Shown: positions 50,820 through 61,330, counted from the first letter of the stretch. The stretch is DNA of 64,000 nt from Oceanisphaera sp. (GCF_048268965.1 NZ_JBLWUK010000015.1:14575-78574); one strand, 5' to 3'. Notes: generated by a model not told the origin, from the letters alone. A program made the numbers and translations.

Positions 50820-50981
50820 TTATTGCCCCCACAGGCTTTTGGCCTGATCCACTTTGCGCCGTCCCGGGCTTTGCATGCGGCGTTCCTGATCTTCCGGGGG
50901 CCAGCGCAGCAGATCGCGTCGGTCCAGAATGCGTCGTCTTTGCTGTTGGCGCCGCTCGGGGCCCGAATAATGTTTTAGCAT
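50820..50981 (-). CDS. Unannotated 53-aa arginine-rich protein with YSGPERR and repeated DRR/ERR motifs
   Basis: Below the ORF-track cutoff. Manual translation: MLKHYSGPERRQQQRRRILDRRDLLRWPPEDQERRMQSPGRRKVDQAKSLWGQ*. AAGGCGG lies upstream of the ATG. Confidence 0.7.
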   Translation of the reverse strand: MLKHYSGPERRQQQRRRILDRRDLLRWPPEDQERRMQSPGRRKVDQAKSLWGQ

Positions 50982-51080
50982 ACTGCCGCCTTGACGGGTG
51001 TTAACGAGGCTTTATACCGTTAAGCATAGCCGAGCCAGGCTGGCTTGTGCCGGCAGGCATCTGCAAAATACCGTGAGCAT

Positions 51081-51120
51081 AAAAAGAAAAGGGGGAAGAG
51101 TTATTGCTAACTCTTCCCCC
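51081..51120 (-). terminator. Intrinsic terminator of srmB
   Basis: GGGGGAAGAGTTA-TTGC-TAACTCTTCCCCC stem, followed on the minus strand by TTTTCTTTTT. Confidence 0.85.
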
Positions 51121-51157
51121 TGACGATTCACTGCTCCCCCCTCACAGGGGATGGGTA

Positions 51158-52507
51158 TTATTCGTTATTATCACTGGCTGCGGGTTTGCGACCGGGCTTT
51201 TTCGCCTGGCTGGCCTCGGCTTTACCCGTTGCCCACTTCGGCTTGCCCTTGCTCTTGGTGTCTCTTAAACGCACTTTCTCTTTCTTGACCGGCGCCAGCT
51301 TTTTCTTGCTCTTGCGTTCGCCGTCTTTTTTCTTGCGTGTCGTTACCCGGGCTTCTTTATGCTGCGGCCTTAGCCCCTCGATAAAGCGACGCTTCAGCGG
51401 CTCTTCGGTGTATTTTTCCACTTTCACCAGCAATGGCATGTCGTGGGCTTCAACCAGGCTGATGGCGGTGCCTTTTTGTCCGGCACGACCGGTACGGCCG
51501 ATACGATGCACATACACATCGGCGGTACGCGGCATATCATAGTTAATGACGTGGCTGACCTGTGGCAAGTCGATACCGCGAGAGGCCACATCGGTCGCCA
51601 CCAGAATATTGACTCGGCCAATACGGAAACGCCCCAGGGCTTCGTTACGCTTTTCCTGCTCCATTTCACCGCGCAGCCAGGCATTGTGCAGGCCTTCTTG
51701 CTGTAGCCGGCTGGCCAGCTCCATCAGGCGCTCGCGGGTTTTCACGAAGATGATGCTGCGAGTGACCTCGGGCTGGCGCAACAAGCTGACCAGCAGCGCA
51801 AATTTATGCTCCGGGTTATCAGCCATGTGAACCCACTGATTGATTTTCTTGCGCTCGCTGCGTGGCGGCTCGGCGCTGACCTCGACCGGGTCTTTCAGCA
51901 AATCGGCGGCAAACTTCATCAAGCCGTGGCCTTCAAGGGTGGCCGAAAACAGCATGGTCTGGCGGCGCCAGCGGGCCTCGGCGGCAATGCGGTCTACTTC
52001 TTTGATAAAGCCCATGTCCAGCATGCGGTCGGCTTCATCCAGCACCAGCATTTCGATGTCGCGACAGTCAAACGACTCTTCCTCAATGTATTGCAGCAGT
52101 CGTCCCGGGGTTGCCACCACTATGTCCGTGGTTTTGGTCAGGGCCGGCAGGTGCTGACTTTCGTGCACACCGCCGGTGATCACCTCAACGCGCAGCTTGG
52201 TGCCTTTGGCGATGGCAATGGCATCGTTGCCTATTTGCATCGCCAGTTCGCGGGTGGGCGTTAAAATCAGAATACGGGCAGGGCCCGCCTGGCGGCGTGG
52301 AAAGTCCAGCAGGTGTTGGCAAATAGGCACTAAAAAAGCCGCCGTTTTGCCGGTGCCGGTAGGGGCAGAGGCCATTATGTCCCTTCCGCTCATGGCTTCG
52401 GGGATAACTTGGCTCTGAATGGTGGTCGGTTTTGCATAGCCCATGTCGGTCAATGCGCGGACCAGGATGGGATCCAGTTCCAGTTGCTCGAAGGTCATAC
52501 TGCTCAT
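51158..52507 (-). CDS. srmB: DEAD-box RNA helicase SrmB
   Basis: APTGTGKT, ILILTPTRELA, DEADRMLDMGF, RWRRQTMLFSATL, HRIGRTGRAG, Lys-rich tail; divergent from yfiC. Confidence 0.95.
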   Translation of the reverse strand: MSSMTFEQLELDPILVRALTDMGYAKPTTIQSQVIPEAMSGRDIMASAPTGTGKTAAFLVPICQHLLDFPRRQAGPARILILTPTRELAMQIGNDAIAIAKGTKLRVEVITGGVHESQHLPALTKTTDIVVATPGRLLQYIEEESFDCRDIEMLVLDEADRMLDMGFIKEVDRIAAEARWRRQTMLFSATLEGHGLMKFAADLLKDPVEVSAEPPRSERKKINQWVHMADNPEHKFALLVSLLRQPEVTRSIIFVKTRERLMELASRLQQEGLHNAWLRGEMEQEKRNEALGRFRIGRVNILVATDVASRGIDLPQVSHVINYDMPRTADVYVHRIGRTGRAGQKGTAISLVEAHDMPLLVKVEKYTEEPLKRRFIEGLRPQHKEARVTTRKKKDGERKSKKKLAPVKKEKVRLRDTKSKGKPKWATGKAEASQAKKPGRKPAASDNNE

Positions 52508-52577
52508 GATCGGTCTCGTCAGCCTAAAAGGCAGGTATTATAGGGGAATTCGGATAAAAAAACCTGTCAGGATCAGC

Positions 52578-53285
52578 ATGAGTCGTCGTGGATTTACTTT
52601 TAAGCAGTTTCATATCAATCATGACCAATGTGCCATGAAGGTGGGCACAGACGGAATTCTCCTCGGCGCCTGGGCCAACACGGGGGCGGCCCGGCGCATT
52701 CTCGACATAGGAACGGGCTCGGGGCTGGTCGCCTTGATGCTGGCCCAGCGCACAAATCCGGAGGTCAGTATCACGGGGCTGGAGCTGGATGAGGCCGCCG
52801 CCTTGCAGGCAGCCGACAATGTGCAGGCCTCGCCGTGGCCAGAAAAAGTCGACATAGTGCAGGGGGCCTTGCAGCAGTACCAGGCGACCCCCTTCGATCT
52901 GATCGTAAGCAACCCGCCTTACTTTACCCATGGACAAGACTTCGAGAATCCGGCCCGGGGTCAGGCTCGTCATACGGGGAGCCTATCCCTGGCCGAGCTG
53001 TTCAGTCACAGCCGGCGATTGCTGAGCCCCGAGGGCAGTCTGATGCTGGTCTTGCCCGGGCAGGCGATGGATGAAGCATTGGCGCAAGCTGCTGAAAATG
53101 GTTTTTATGTAGCAGAAAAGCTGGCGGTGATCACCAAAGAAGGAAAAGTGGCGGGTCGTTTTTTATTATGCCTGACTAGAATTAAATGCTGCACTTTGGA
53201 AGATGAGCTTGTCATTAACACTAAGCATAATGCTTATAGTGATGCATATGTATCGTTGGTTTCTCCCTTCTATTTGAAGATGTAA
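52578..53285 (+). CDS. yfiC: tRNA1(Val) (adenine37-N6)-methyltransferase
   Basis: Start MSRRGFTFKQF; AMKVGTDGILLGAW, LDIGTGSG, DLIVSNPPYF, ARHT. Confidence 0.94.
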   Translation: MSRRGFTFKQFHINHDQCAMKVGTDGILLGAWANTGAARRILDIGTGSGLVALMLAQRTNPEVSITGLELDEAAALQAADNVQASPWPEKVDIVQGALQQYQATPFDLIVSNPPYFTHGQDFENPARGQARHTGSLSLAELFSHSRRLLSPEGSLMLVLPGQAMDEALAQAAENGFYVAEKLAVITKEGKVAGRFLLCLTRIKCCTLEDELVINTKHNAYSDAYVSLVSPFYLKM

Positions 53286-53449
53286 ATTTTGCCTTGAATC
53301 TCTTTTTCACATCATTATGCTACTCACTTGCTCGGCGACCGTCAGAAAATAGCATTTTACTGCATTTAGCTGGTGGCCAGTCGCCCCGTTATTATCGTTT
53401 GTTTTCAAACGAAGCTAGCATTATGCCGGCTGCCGCAATGAGGTCTGTA

Positions 53450-54772
53450 GTGAACAAGTCATTATCCACGTTTGATGTGCTGGGCTTAGGTTTTATGACC
53501 TTTGCCTTCTTTTTGGGTGCCGGAAATATCATCTTTCCCCCGCTGGCGGGTTTTTTGGCCGGTGAAAACATCACCAGCGCCATGAGCGGCTTTTTGCTGA
53601 CCGCCGTTGGTTTACCCCTGGTGACGCTGATTGCGGCCGCCCTGGCCGGCGGCGGTTTGCCGACCATGGGCCGCTACCTGCCCACCGGCGTGGTGACCGT
53701 GATGGCGACCGCCATTTTTATTATTATCGGCCCCGCCTTTGCTGCGCCCCGTACCGGTCTGGTGGCCTATGAAATGGGCATAAAGCCCTTTTTGGAAAAC
53801 CCCACCCAGTTCACCCTGACCTTGTTCACCATAGGTTTCTTTGCCCTGGTTTTACTGCTGTCGTTGAATCAGGGGCAGTTGCTGGACGCCGTCGGCAAGG
53901 TACTGACTCCTATTTTGCTGCTGTTGCTGGTAGGACTGGCGGTGGCGGTGTTTGTCAGCCCGCAGGGAACCCAGCCCGCGGTGAACGAGGCCTATATGGC
54001 GCAGCCCTTCGTCAAGGGGTTCATAGAAGGCTATAACACCATGGACACCTTTGCCGCCCTGATGTTCGGCATGTTGATCCTGGACCTGCTGCGCCAGAAA
54101 GGCGTGACCGACAAGCGTGCCCAGTCCCGCTATTTGATGATAGCGGCGCTGATAGCGGCGCTGGGTCTGGGTTTTGTCTATGTGTCGCTGTTTATTCTGG
54201 GCGGCACCAGCCTGGGTGTGGTGGAGTCGGCAACGAATGGCGGCGAAATCATCAGCGCCTATGTGTTGTCGCTGTTTGGCGCCCCCGGTTTGTGGATACT
54301 GGCGGCCATCGTCTCGCTGGCCTGCCTGACCACGGCCGTGGGCCTGGTATCGGCCTGTGCCGATTACTTTCATCGCTTAACCGGCAAGGCCAGCTATCGC
54401 CTGTGGGTGGTCATTAATGCACTGGCGTGCATGCTGGTGGCCAACGTTGGCCTGAATGCGCTGATCACGCTGTCCATTCCGGTGCTGGTGGCCTTTTATC
54501 CGGTGGCCGTCGCCCTGGTGCTGGCCACCTACCTGCGGCCCCTGATGCGCGCCCCTGTCTTTGCTTTTCGCCTGACTCTGACGGTGGCCCTGGTATTTGG
54601 TATTCTTGACGGCATGCAGGCGGCCGGCCTGAATATGAGCGCCTTCGCCTTGTTGCCCATGTTTGATATCGGCATGGCATGGGTACTGCCCACCTGTGTA
54701 GCAACTGTGATTGGTTTGAGCATGCCCGCCTCCAAAGCGGCGCCCAGCGCCCGGCAGCAAGCTGCGGGTTAA
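53450..54772 (+). CDS. brnQ: Branched-chain amino acid:cation symporter
   Basis: GFMTFAFFLGAGNIIFPP, GYNTMDTFAALMFG, ACLTTAVGL; GTG start at 53450. Confidence 0.95.
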   Translation: MNKSLSTFDVLGLGFMTFAFFLGAGNIIFPPLAGFLAGENITSAMSGFLLTAVGLPLVTLIAAALAGGGLPTMGRYLPTGVVTVMATAIFIIIGPAFAAPRTGLVAYEMGIKPFLENPTQFTLTLFTIGFFALVLLLSLNQGQLLDAVGKVLTPILLLLLVGLAVAVFVSPQGTQPAVNEAYMAQPFVKGFIEGYNTMDTFAALMFGMLILDLLRQKGVTDKRAQSRYLMIAALIAALGLGFVYVSLFILGGTSLGVVESATNGGEIISAYVLSLFGAPGLWILAAIVSLACLTTAVGLVSACADYFHRLTGKASYRLWVVINALACMLVANVGLNALITLSIPVLVAFYPVAVALVLATYLRPLMRAPVFAFRLTLTVALVFGILDGMQAAGLNMSAFALLPMFDIGMAWVLPTCVATVIGLSMPASKAAPSARQQAAG

Positions 54773-54786
54773 CACAACACCGCCCT

Positions 54787-54811
54787 CACTCCCACGCGCT
54801 GCGTGGGAGTG
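54787..54811. terminator. Hairpin after brnQ
   Basis: CACTCCCACGC-GCT-GCGTGGGAGTG perfect stem; no clear U-tract. Confidence 0.5.
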
Positions 54812-54892
54812 TATACGTTGCGGCTTTGCTGGCTGTTGCTTTCGAAGGTTAGGGTCGAATTTATGCGACCGCTTTCAGAGGGTGCGGAGGGT

Positions 54893-54982
54893 AAGGCATA
54901 AGTAGTGAGGCGTGAGGTGGAAAACACCGAGTCTTCAGGCGTGCTTTTACTCCTTACCCTTTACTCCTTTCCCCTCACTCAA
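54893..54982. repeat. Degenerate heptamer inverted-arm repeat between brnQ and fldB
   Basis: gtaaggcataagtagtgaggcgtgagg ... ttactccttaccctttactcctttcccctcact. Confidence 0.65.
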
Positions 54983-54991
54983 CACACTAAC

Positions 54992-55507
54992 TTACAACGC
55001 CGAGATTTCTTCCAGCAGTTGCGCTACCCAGCTTTCGATGCGGGTATCCGTGTCGTCGTACTGGTTGGCTTCATCCAGTGACAGGCCGACAAAGTAGTCG
55101 CCGTCGGCGGTGAGTGCCTTGGACGCTTCAAACTCGTAACCCTTGTTGGGCCAGTAGCCCACCAGGGTAGCCCCCCGGGCCGCGACCTTGTCGTGCAGCA
55201 GGCCCAGAGCATCCTGAAACCACTCGCCATAACCCAGCTGATCGCCCATGCCAAACAGTGCCACTACGTGGCCTTCCAGGTCGAGGCTGTCGATATCATC
55301 CCAGTGCGATTCCCAGTCTTCTTGCAGTTCGCCAAAATCCCAGGTGGAAATGCCGAAAATCAGAATCGGGTAGTCTTGGGCGCGCGAGAGCGGCACATCC
55401 TTGATATTATGCAAATCGACCAGTTCGGCGCCGAGCTGGTGACCAATCTTTTCGGCGGCGATCTCGGTATAACAGGTCGTTGAGCCGTAAAATAAACCGA
55501 TATTCAT
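54992..55507 (-). CDS. fldB: Flavodoxin 2
   Basis: [40 protein letters not shown]; divergent from xerD. Confidence 0.95.
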   Translation of the reverse strand: MNIGLFYGSTTCYTEIAAEKIGHQLGAELVDLHNIKDVPLSRAQDYPILIFGISTWDFGELQEDWESHWDDIDSLDLEGHVVALFGMGDQLGYGEWFQDALGLLHDKVAARGATLVGYWPNKGYEFEASKALTADGDYFVGLSLDEANQYDDTDTRIESWVAQLLEEISAL

Positions 55508-55581
55508 GGAATTCCGTTATCGTTTCAGACAATGGAACTATCATAACAGAAGCTTTTCTGTGAGCAGAGCCTGGAGTAGTG

Positions 55582-56469
55582 ATGGGTTATCCGTTAATCG
55601 AACAGTTTGTTGATGCCCTCTGGCTGGAAAAGGGGCTGTCGGATAATACGCTGGCATCCTATCGCAGCGATCTGTCGCATTTTGCCGTCTGGCTGGACAA
55701 GACCGGCAACAGTTTGCTGGCGGTAGATGGTCTGACGTTGCAACAGTACCTGGCGCATCGGCTCGATCTGGGTTTTAAAGCCAGCAGTACGGCGCGCATG
55801 CTCAGCGTGCTGCGACGGTTTTTTCAGTACCTGCATCGCGAGCAATTGCGAGACGACGATCCCAGCATACTGATTGCCGGCCCCAAGCTGGCCAAGCGCT
55901 TGCCCAAAGACCTGAGCGAGCAGCAGGTTTTAAACCTGCTGCAGGCCCCCCAAGTGGAAGACCCGCTGGAGCTGCGCGACAAGGCCATGCTGGAGTTACT
56001 CTATGCCACCGGTTTGCGGGTGACCGAGCTGGTCAGCCTGTCGATGGAAAGCATCAGCGTGCGCCAGGGCCTGGTGCGGGTGACGGGCAAGGGCAACAAG
56101 GAGCGGCTGGTGCCCATGGGCGAAGAAGCACTGCACTGGCTGGAGCGGTACTTGAAAGAGGCCCGGGCCAGTTTGCTGGGCGAGCAGCCCTCGGACGTGG
56201 TGTTTCCGTCGCGCCGGGCACGGCAGATGACCCGGCAAACCTTCTGGCATCGCATCAAGCTGTACGCCCAGCGTGCCGGCATCAGCGGGGAGTTGTCGCC
56301 CCACACCCTGCGCCATGCCTTTGCCACCCACCTGCTTAATCACGGTGCCGACCTGCGGGTGGTACAAATGCTGCTCGGCCATTCCGACCTGTCCACCACC
56401 CAGATTTATACCCATGTGGCGACTCACCGCCTTAACGCCCTGCACGAAGAGCACCATCCGCGGGGGTAA
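55582..56469 (+). CDS. xerD: Site-specific tyrosine recombinase XerD
   Basis: LEKGLSDNTLASYRSDL, LYATGLRVTEL, GKGNKER, SPHTLRHAFATHLL, LLGHSDLSTTQIYTHV. Confidence 0.97.
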   Translation: MGYPLIEQFVDALWLEKGLSDNTLASYRSDLSHFAVWLDKTGNSLLAVDGLTLQQYLAHRLDLGFKASSTARMLSVLRRFFQYLHREQLRDDDPSILIAGPKLAKRLPKDLSEQQVLNLLQAPQVEDPLELRDKAMLELLYATGLRVTELVSLSMESISVRQGLVRVTGKGNKERLVPMGEEALHWLERYLKEARASLLGEQPSDVVFPSRRARQMTRQTFWHRIKLYAQRAGISGELSPHTLRHAFATHLLNHGADLRVVQMLLGHSDLSTTQIYTHVATHRLNALHEEHHPRG

Positions 56470-56558
56470 GGATGCAAGAGGGTGAAGAGTGAAGGGGAGT
56501 GGGTGCAGAGGTAGATAGCACAAGGCATCCTCTTTACGCCTCACCCTTCACCCCTCAC
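56466..56558. repeat. Degenerate heptamer inverted-arm repeat after xerD
   Basis: gtaaggatgcaagaggggtgaagagtgaaggggag ... tcctctttacgcctcacccttcacccctcacc. Confidence 0.65.
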
Positions 56559-56632
56559 CGACTTCAAGCGCCGTTGCAAATTCTGCGCACGGCGGTTAGT
56601 GTTGCCTTCCTGTTTAAATAACCAGTATCTGC

Positions 56633-58381
56633 ATGCCAGCCACCAAGATGACACCTTCTCGATTAGCCATTCGGCGCCGTGTGAGCGCCCCCCATCAACT
56701 GCCTGCCGACTTGTCGCCCATTCTGCAGCGGCTGTATGCCAGTCGCGGTGTGGTGCGCGCCGAGCAGCTTGATCTGACCGCCAATACCCTGCTCAAGCCG
56801 ACCTTCAAGGGCATGGGCGAGGCGGTGCAGATACTCGAGCACGCCCTGGCGGCGCAGCGCAAGATCGTGATAGTGGGGGATTTTGACTGTGACGGCGCCA
56901 CCAGCTCGGCGCTGATGGTGCATGGCTTGCGGGCCATGGGGGCCAGACAGGTGGATTACCTGGTGCCCAATCGTTTCGACTACGGTTACGGGTTAAGCCC
57001 GCAAGTAGTCGACGAAGTCGCGAAAATGAACGGTGAACTACTGATTACCGTGGATAACGGTATTTCCAGTGTGGCCGGCGTGGCAGCCGCCAATGCACTG
57101 GGCATGCAGGTGATTATTACCGATCACCACCTGCCCGGGGAGCAGATCCCCGATGCCGCCGCCATAGTGAACCCCAATCAGCACGGCTGTGATTTTCCGT
57201 CCAAGAACCTGGCGGGGGTGGGGGTGGCCTTTTATCTGTTGCTGGCGCTGCGTGCGGCACTCAGCAAGCAGGGCTGGTTTGCCAGTCAGGGCATAACGGC
57301 CCCCAACATGGGCGAATATCTGGATTTGGTGGCGCTGGGCACGGTGGCCGACGTGGTGGCACTGGATGCCAACAACCGGGTATTGGTGCATCAGGGTCTA
57401 CAACGCATGCGCGCCGGGCGGCTGCGCCCCGGTATTCAGGCGCTGATCGATATTTCGGCCCGCAATCAGTCGCGGCTGGTGGCCAGCGATCTGGGCTTTG
57501 CTCTGGGCCCACGGCTGAATGCGGTGGGGCGGCTGGACGATATGTCGATGGGCGTGGCCTGCTTGCTGAGTGAAAACCTGGACGAAGCCCGCAAGCTGGC
57601 CGCCATGATGGATGATCTCAACCGCGAGCGTAAGGCCATAGAGGCCAGCATGCAGCATGAGGCGCTGGCCAGCCTGACCAAGGTGCGGATCAGCGAGGGC
57701 GAGCTGCCCAGTGGTTTGGTATTGCATCAGGATGATTGGCATCAGGGCGTGGTCGGCCTGGTGGCCTCGCGCATCAAGGAGCGTTATTACCGACCCGTGA
57801 TTGCCTTTGCCGAAGCCGGCGACGACGAGCTGAAAGGCTCGGGGCGTTCCATACCCGGCGTGCATTTGCGCGACTTGCTGGAAGCGGTCGACCGCCAGCA
57901 TCCGGGGCTGATTGACAAGTTTGGCGGCCATGCCATGGCGGCGGGGTTATCGTTGCAGAAGGCGGCTCTGGCGCCCTTCAAGGCGGCGTTTGAACAAACC
58001 GTGGCCGAGTGGGTCAGCCCGGAATTACTGGCCGGCGAAGTCTTGAGTGACGGCGAGCTGAGTGCCGCCGAGCTTACGCTGCCCCTGGCCGAGCAGCTGC
58101 GCTTTGCCGGGCCCTGGGGGCAGGCCTTTCCCGAGCCGCTGTTTGATGGTGACTTTAGAATCATCAAACAACGGCTGGTCGGCGAAAAACACCTGAAACT
58201 GGTGCTGAGCCCGGACGAAGGTCGCACCCTGATCGATGCCATCGCCTTTAACGTCGATCTTGCGGTGTGGCCCAATGCCGCCATTAACCAGGTGCAACTG
58301 GTGTACAAGCTGGATGTCAACGAATGGCAGGGCAAGCAATCGCTGCAATTGCTGGTAGAAAAAATCGCCCCGCTGAGCTGA
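56633..58381 (+). CDS. recJ: ssDNA-specific exonuclease RecJ
   Basis: GDFDCDGATS, ITVDNGI, ITDHH (DHH), ALGTVADVV, GSGRS, FGGHAMAAG. Start could be 56648. Confidence 0.97.
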   Translation: MPATKMTPSRLAIRRRVSAPHQLPADLSPILQRLYASRGVVRAEQLDLTANTLLKPTFKGMGEAVQILEHALAAQRKIVIVGDFDCDGATSSALMVHGLRAMGARQVDYLVPNRFDYGYGLSPQVVDEVAKMNGELLITVDNGISSVAGVAAANALGMQVIITDHHLPGEQIPDAAAIVNPNQHGCDFPSKNLAGVGVAFYLLLALRAALSKQGWFASQGITAPNMGEYLDLVALGTVADVVALDANNRVLVHQGLQRMRAGRLRPGIQALIDISARNQSRLVASDLGFALGPRLNAVGRLDDMSMGVACLLSENLDEARKLAAMMDDLNRERKAIEASMQHEALASLTKVRISEGELPSGLVLHQDDWHQGVVGLVASRIKERYYRPVIAFAEAGDDELKGSGRSIPGVHLRDLLEAVDRQHPGLIDKFGGHAMAAGLSLQKAALAPFKAAFEQTVAEWVSPELLAGEVLSDGELSAAELTLPLAEQLRFAGPWGQAFPEPLFDGDFRIIKQRLVGEKHLKLVLSPDEGRTLIDAIAFNVDLAVWPNAAINQVQLVYKLDVNEWQGKQSLQLLVEKIAPLS

Positions 58382-58423
58382 AGGGCGGTGAGGCGTAAGG
58401 GTGAGAAGTGAGGAGTGAGGGAG
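58379..58423 (+). repeat. G-rich heptamer arm starting at the recJ stop
   Basis: tgaagggcggtgaggcgtaagggtgagaagtgaggagtgaggg; no C-rich partner arm seen. Confidence 0.6.
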
Positions 58424-58691
58424 AAGATACCGAGCAGTCAGTATGGCTCTTCGTGCTCCGCCATCCTGGCGCCCGTTTCCCCCGCAGTGCGCCAGCCGGC
58501 TTGCACCCGTCGTCATACCAGGGTGTTTTCATCGCGCGCCGTTAATCGGATTATGGCTTAAGGTTAAAGTGGCTCAATTATCGAAATGTAGCCGCTTACT
58601 GCTGCGTTTGTGCTCGGCTTTCGGTAGAATCGGGCTCCTGATGTTGGCGCAGCGCCACATACACTCAGCACAAAAGAGAGTCATTAGACCC

Positions 58692-59790
58692 ATGTTAGAA
58701 GTAAACCCTGTGAATAATAAACTTAAGGAGTTGTCTGAACGGGCACAGCTTCTTAGGGGGTACCTTTGACTATGATGCCAAGAAAGAGCGTCTGGAAGAG
58801 GTAAACGCCGAGCTGGAACAGCCGGATGTATGGAATCAGCCCGAGCGCGCCCAAGCACTGGGTAAAGAAAGATCCACGCTGGAAGGCGTGGTTGGCACCC
58901 TGGACGAGCTGGATCAGGGCATAGTCGACATTGCCGAGCTGGTTGAGCTGGCAGTGGATGAAGACGACGAAGAGACCTTCGAAGAAGCCAAGGCCGATCT
59001 GGAACTGCTGGACAAGAAGCTGGCGGATCTGGAATTCAGACGCATGTTCTCCGGCGAGAATGACGAATCTGACTGCTATCTCGATCTGCAGTCGGGCTCT
59101 GGCGGCACCGAAGCACAAGACTGGTGCAGCATGGTGCTGCGTATGTATTTGCGCTGGGGCGAAGCGAGCGGCTTTAAAACCGAAATTATCGAATTGTCCG
59201 ATGGCGATGTGGCCGGTGTTAAATCGGCGACCGTCAAGTTCAGCGGTGAATATGCCTTTGGCTGGCTGCGTACCGAATCGGGCGTACACCGGTTGGTGCG
59301 TAAGTCACCGTTCGACTCCGGCGGCCGTCGTCATACGTCATTCTGCTCCGCCTTCGTGTATCCGGAAATCGACGACAATATCGAGATTGATATCAACCCG
59401 TCCGATCTGCGCGTAGACACCTACCGTGCCTCGGGTGCCGGTGGTCAGCACGTTAACCGGACCGACTCGGCGGTGCGAATTACCCACGAGCCAACCGGTA
59501 TTGTGGTGCAGTGTCAAAACGACCGCTCCCAGCATAAAAACCGCGATCAGGCGATGAAGCAGCTGAAGGCCAAGCTGTATGAGTTTGAGCTGCAAAAGCA
59601 GAATGCAGAAAAGCAGATGATGGAAGACAGCAAGTCCGACATTGGCTGGGGCAGCCAGATCCGCTCGTATGTGTTAGACGACTCGCGCATTAAAGATTTG
59701 CGCACCGGGGTAGAAACAAGTAACACCCAAGCGGTACTAGACGGTGATCTGGACAAGTTTATTGTGGCCAGCCTCAAGTCCGGACTTTAA
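58692..59790 (+). CDS. prfB: Peptide chain release factor 2, programmed +1 frameshift; 365 aa
   Basis: [25 protein letters not shown] (58692-58766), then CTT TGA C with internal SD AGGGGG; +1 frame continues [11 protein letters not shown]... SPF anticodon-mimic and GGQ motifs present. Confidence 0.97.
58755..58770 (+). other. prfB frameshift site
   Basis: AGGGGG-TAC-CTT-TGA-C at codons 25/26. Confidence 0.95.
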
Positions 59791-59814
59791 ATCAGTTTTA
59801 TACAAGGCTTTATC

Positions 59815-61302
59815 ATGACAGAGCAGTTACCAGACGAAAACAAGCTGATCGCCGAGCGCCGTGCCAAGCTTGATCACATTCGTAAGAATTGTCCGGCCAA
59901 TGGCCACCCCAACGATTTTCAGCGCGAACATCTGGCCGCCGATCTACAAGCCGAATTTGGCGGGCAAGACAAAGAAGCCCTTGCCGAGCTGGGCAAGGTG
60001 GTGTCGGTAGCCGGCCGTATTATGGCCAAGCGGGGCCCGTTTTTGGCGTTGCAGGACATGAGTGGCCGCATTCAGGCCTATGCCACCAAAGACGCACAAA
60101 AGATCATTAAAGAGCAGTATACCGGCCTGGATATCGGCGACATCGTCGGCGTGACCGGCGTGCTGCACAAATCGGGCAAGGGCGACCTGTATGTGAGCAT
60201 GGATCAATTCCAGCTGCTGACCAAGGCACTGCGTCCGCTGCCAGAAAAATTCCACGGTTTGTCGGATCAGGAAACCCGCTATCGTCAGCGCTATCTTGAC
60301 CTGATCACCAACGAAGACTCGCGCCGTACCTTTCAGGTGCGCTCTCAGGTGATGGCGGCTATTCGCCAGTTCATGAACGGCCACGGCTTCATGGAAGTAG
60401 AAACGCCCATGATGCAGGTGATCCCGGGTGGTGCCTCGGCCCGTCCGTTTATCACCCATCATAATGCGCTGGATATGGACATGTATCTGCGTATTGCGCC
60501 CGAGCTGTACCTGAAGCGTTTGGTGGTCGGTGGTTTCGAGAAGGTGTTCGAAATCAACCGTAACTTCCGTAACGAAGGCCTGTCGCCGCGTCATAACCCG
60601 GAATTCACCATGATGGAATTCTACTGGGCTTATGCCAACTATCAGGATCTGATGGACTTCACCGAAGAGATGCTGCGCACCGTGACCACCCAGGTGCTGG
60701 GCAGCTCGACCGTACAATACGGTGAAGAGACCTTCGAATTTGGTCAGCCCTTTGCGCGCCTGAGCATGAAAGACTCGATTCTGGAATACAACCCGGAAGT
60801 GACGCTGGACCAGCTGGCCACCTACGAGGGTGCCTGTGAAGTGGCGAAAGACCTGAAGATCAAGGTCGAGAAAAGCTGGGGCCTGGGCCGCGTGATCACC
60901 GAGATCTTCGAAGAAACCGTTGAGCATCGTTTGATCCAGCCGACCTTCATTACCGAGTATCCGGCGGAAGTTTCTCCGCTGGCGCGCCGTAATGACAAGG
61001 ATCCGAGCATTACCGAGCGCTTCGAGTTCTTCATTGGCGGCCGCGAAATTGCCAATGGTTTTGCCGAGTTGAATGACGCGGAAGATCAGGCGCAGCGCTT
61101 TAAAGATCAGGTTGATCAAAAAGAAGCCGGCGACGATGAAGCCATGTTCTACGACGAAGACTACGTAGCGGCGCTGGAGCACGGCCTGCCACCCACAGCA
61201 GGCCAGGGCATCGGCATCGACCGTCTGGTGATGTTGCTGACCGACTCGCACACCATTCGTGACGTGATCCTGTTCCCGACTTTGCGCCCAACCGCGAAGT
61301 AA
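59815..61302 (+). CDS. lysS: Lysyl-tRNA synthetase class II
   Basis: [28 protein letters not shown]...[17 protein letters not shown]. Confidence 0.98.
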   Translation: MTEQLPDENKLIAERRAKLDHIRKNCPANGHPNDFQREHLAADLQAEFGGQDKEALAELGKVVSVAGRIMAKRGPFLALQDMSGRIQAYATKDAQKIIKEQYTGLDIGDIVGVTGVLHKSGKGDLYVSMDQFQLLTKALRPLPEKFHGLSDQETRYRQRYLDLITNEDSRRTFQVRSQVMAAIRQFMNGHGFMEVETPMMQVIPGGASARPFITHHNALDMDMYLRIAPELYLKRLVVGGFEKVFEINRNFRNEGLSPRHNPEFTMMEFYWAYANYQDLMDFTEEMLRTVTTQVLGSSTVQYGEETFEFGQPFARLSMKDSILEYNPEVTLDQLATYEGACEVAKDLKIKVEKSWGLGRVITEIFEETVEHRLIQPTFITEYPAEVSPLARRNDKDPSITERFEFFIGGREIANGFAELNDAEDQAQRFKDQVDQKEAGDDEAMFYDEDYVAALEHGLPPTAGQGIGIDRLVMLLTDSHTIRDVILFPTLRPTAK

Positions 61303-61330
61303 GTTTTAGAACGGATTAGCCGTAAAAAAC

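Noticed and set aside
31848-54772. N-terminal extensions in the ORF track for tolC, zapD, hemW, yggS, yfiC, brnQ and mutT
   Set aside because: The extensions overlap neighbouring genes or promoters; downstream starts match family N-termini.
55582-56469. Tyrosine recombinase as a prophage or integron integrase
   Set aside because: Sequence and the fldB/recJ context identify housekeeping XerD; no phage genes nearby.
16644-61251. Long antisense ORFs (e.g. 16644..17660, 21141..22169, 47588..48559, 59944..61251)
   Set aside because: They are shadow frames of well-supported genes, expected in GC-rich coding DNA, and show no motifs.
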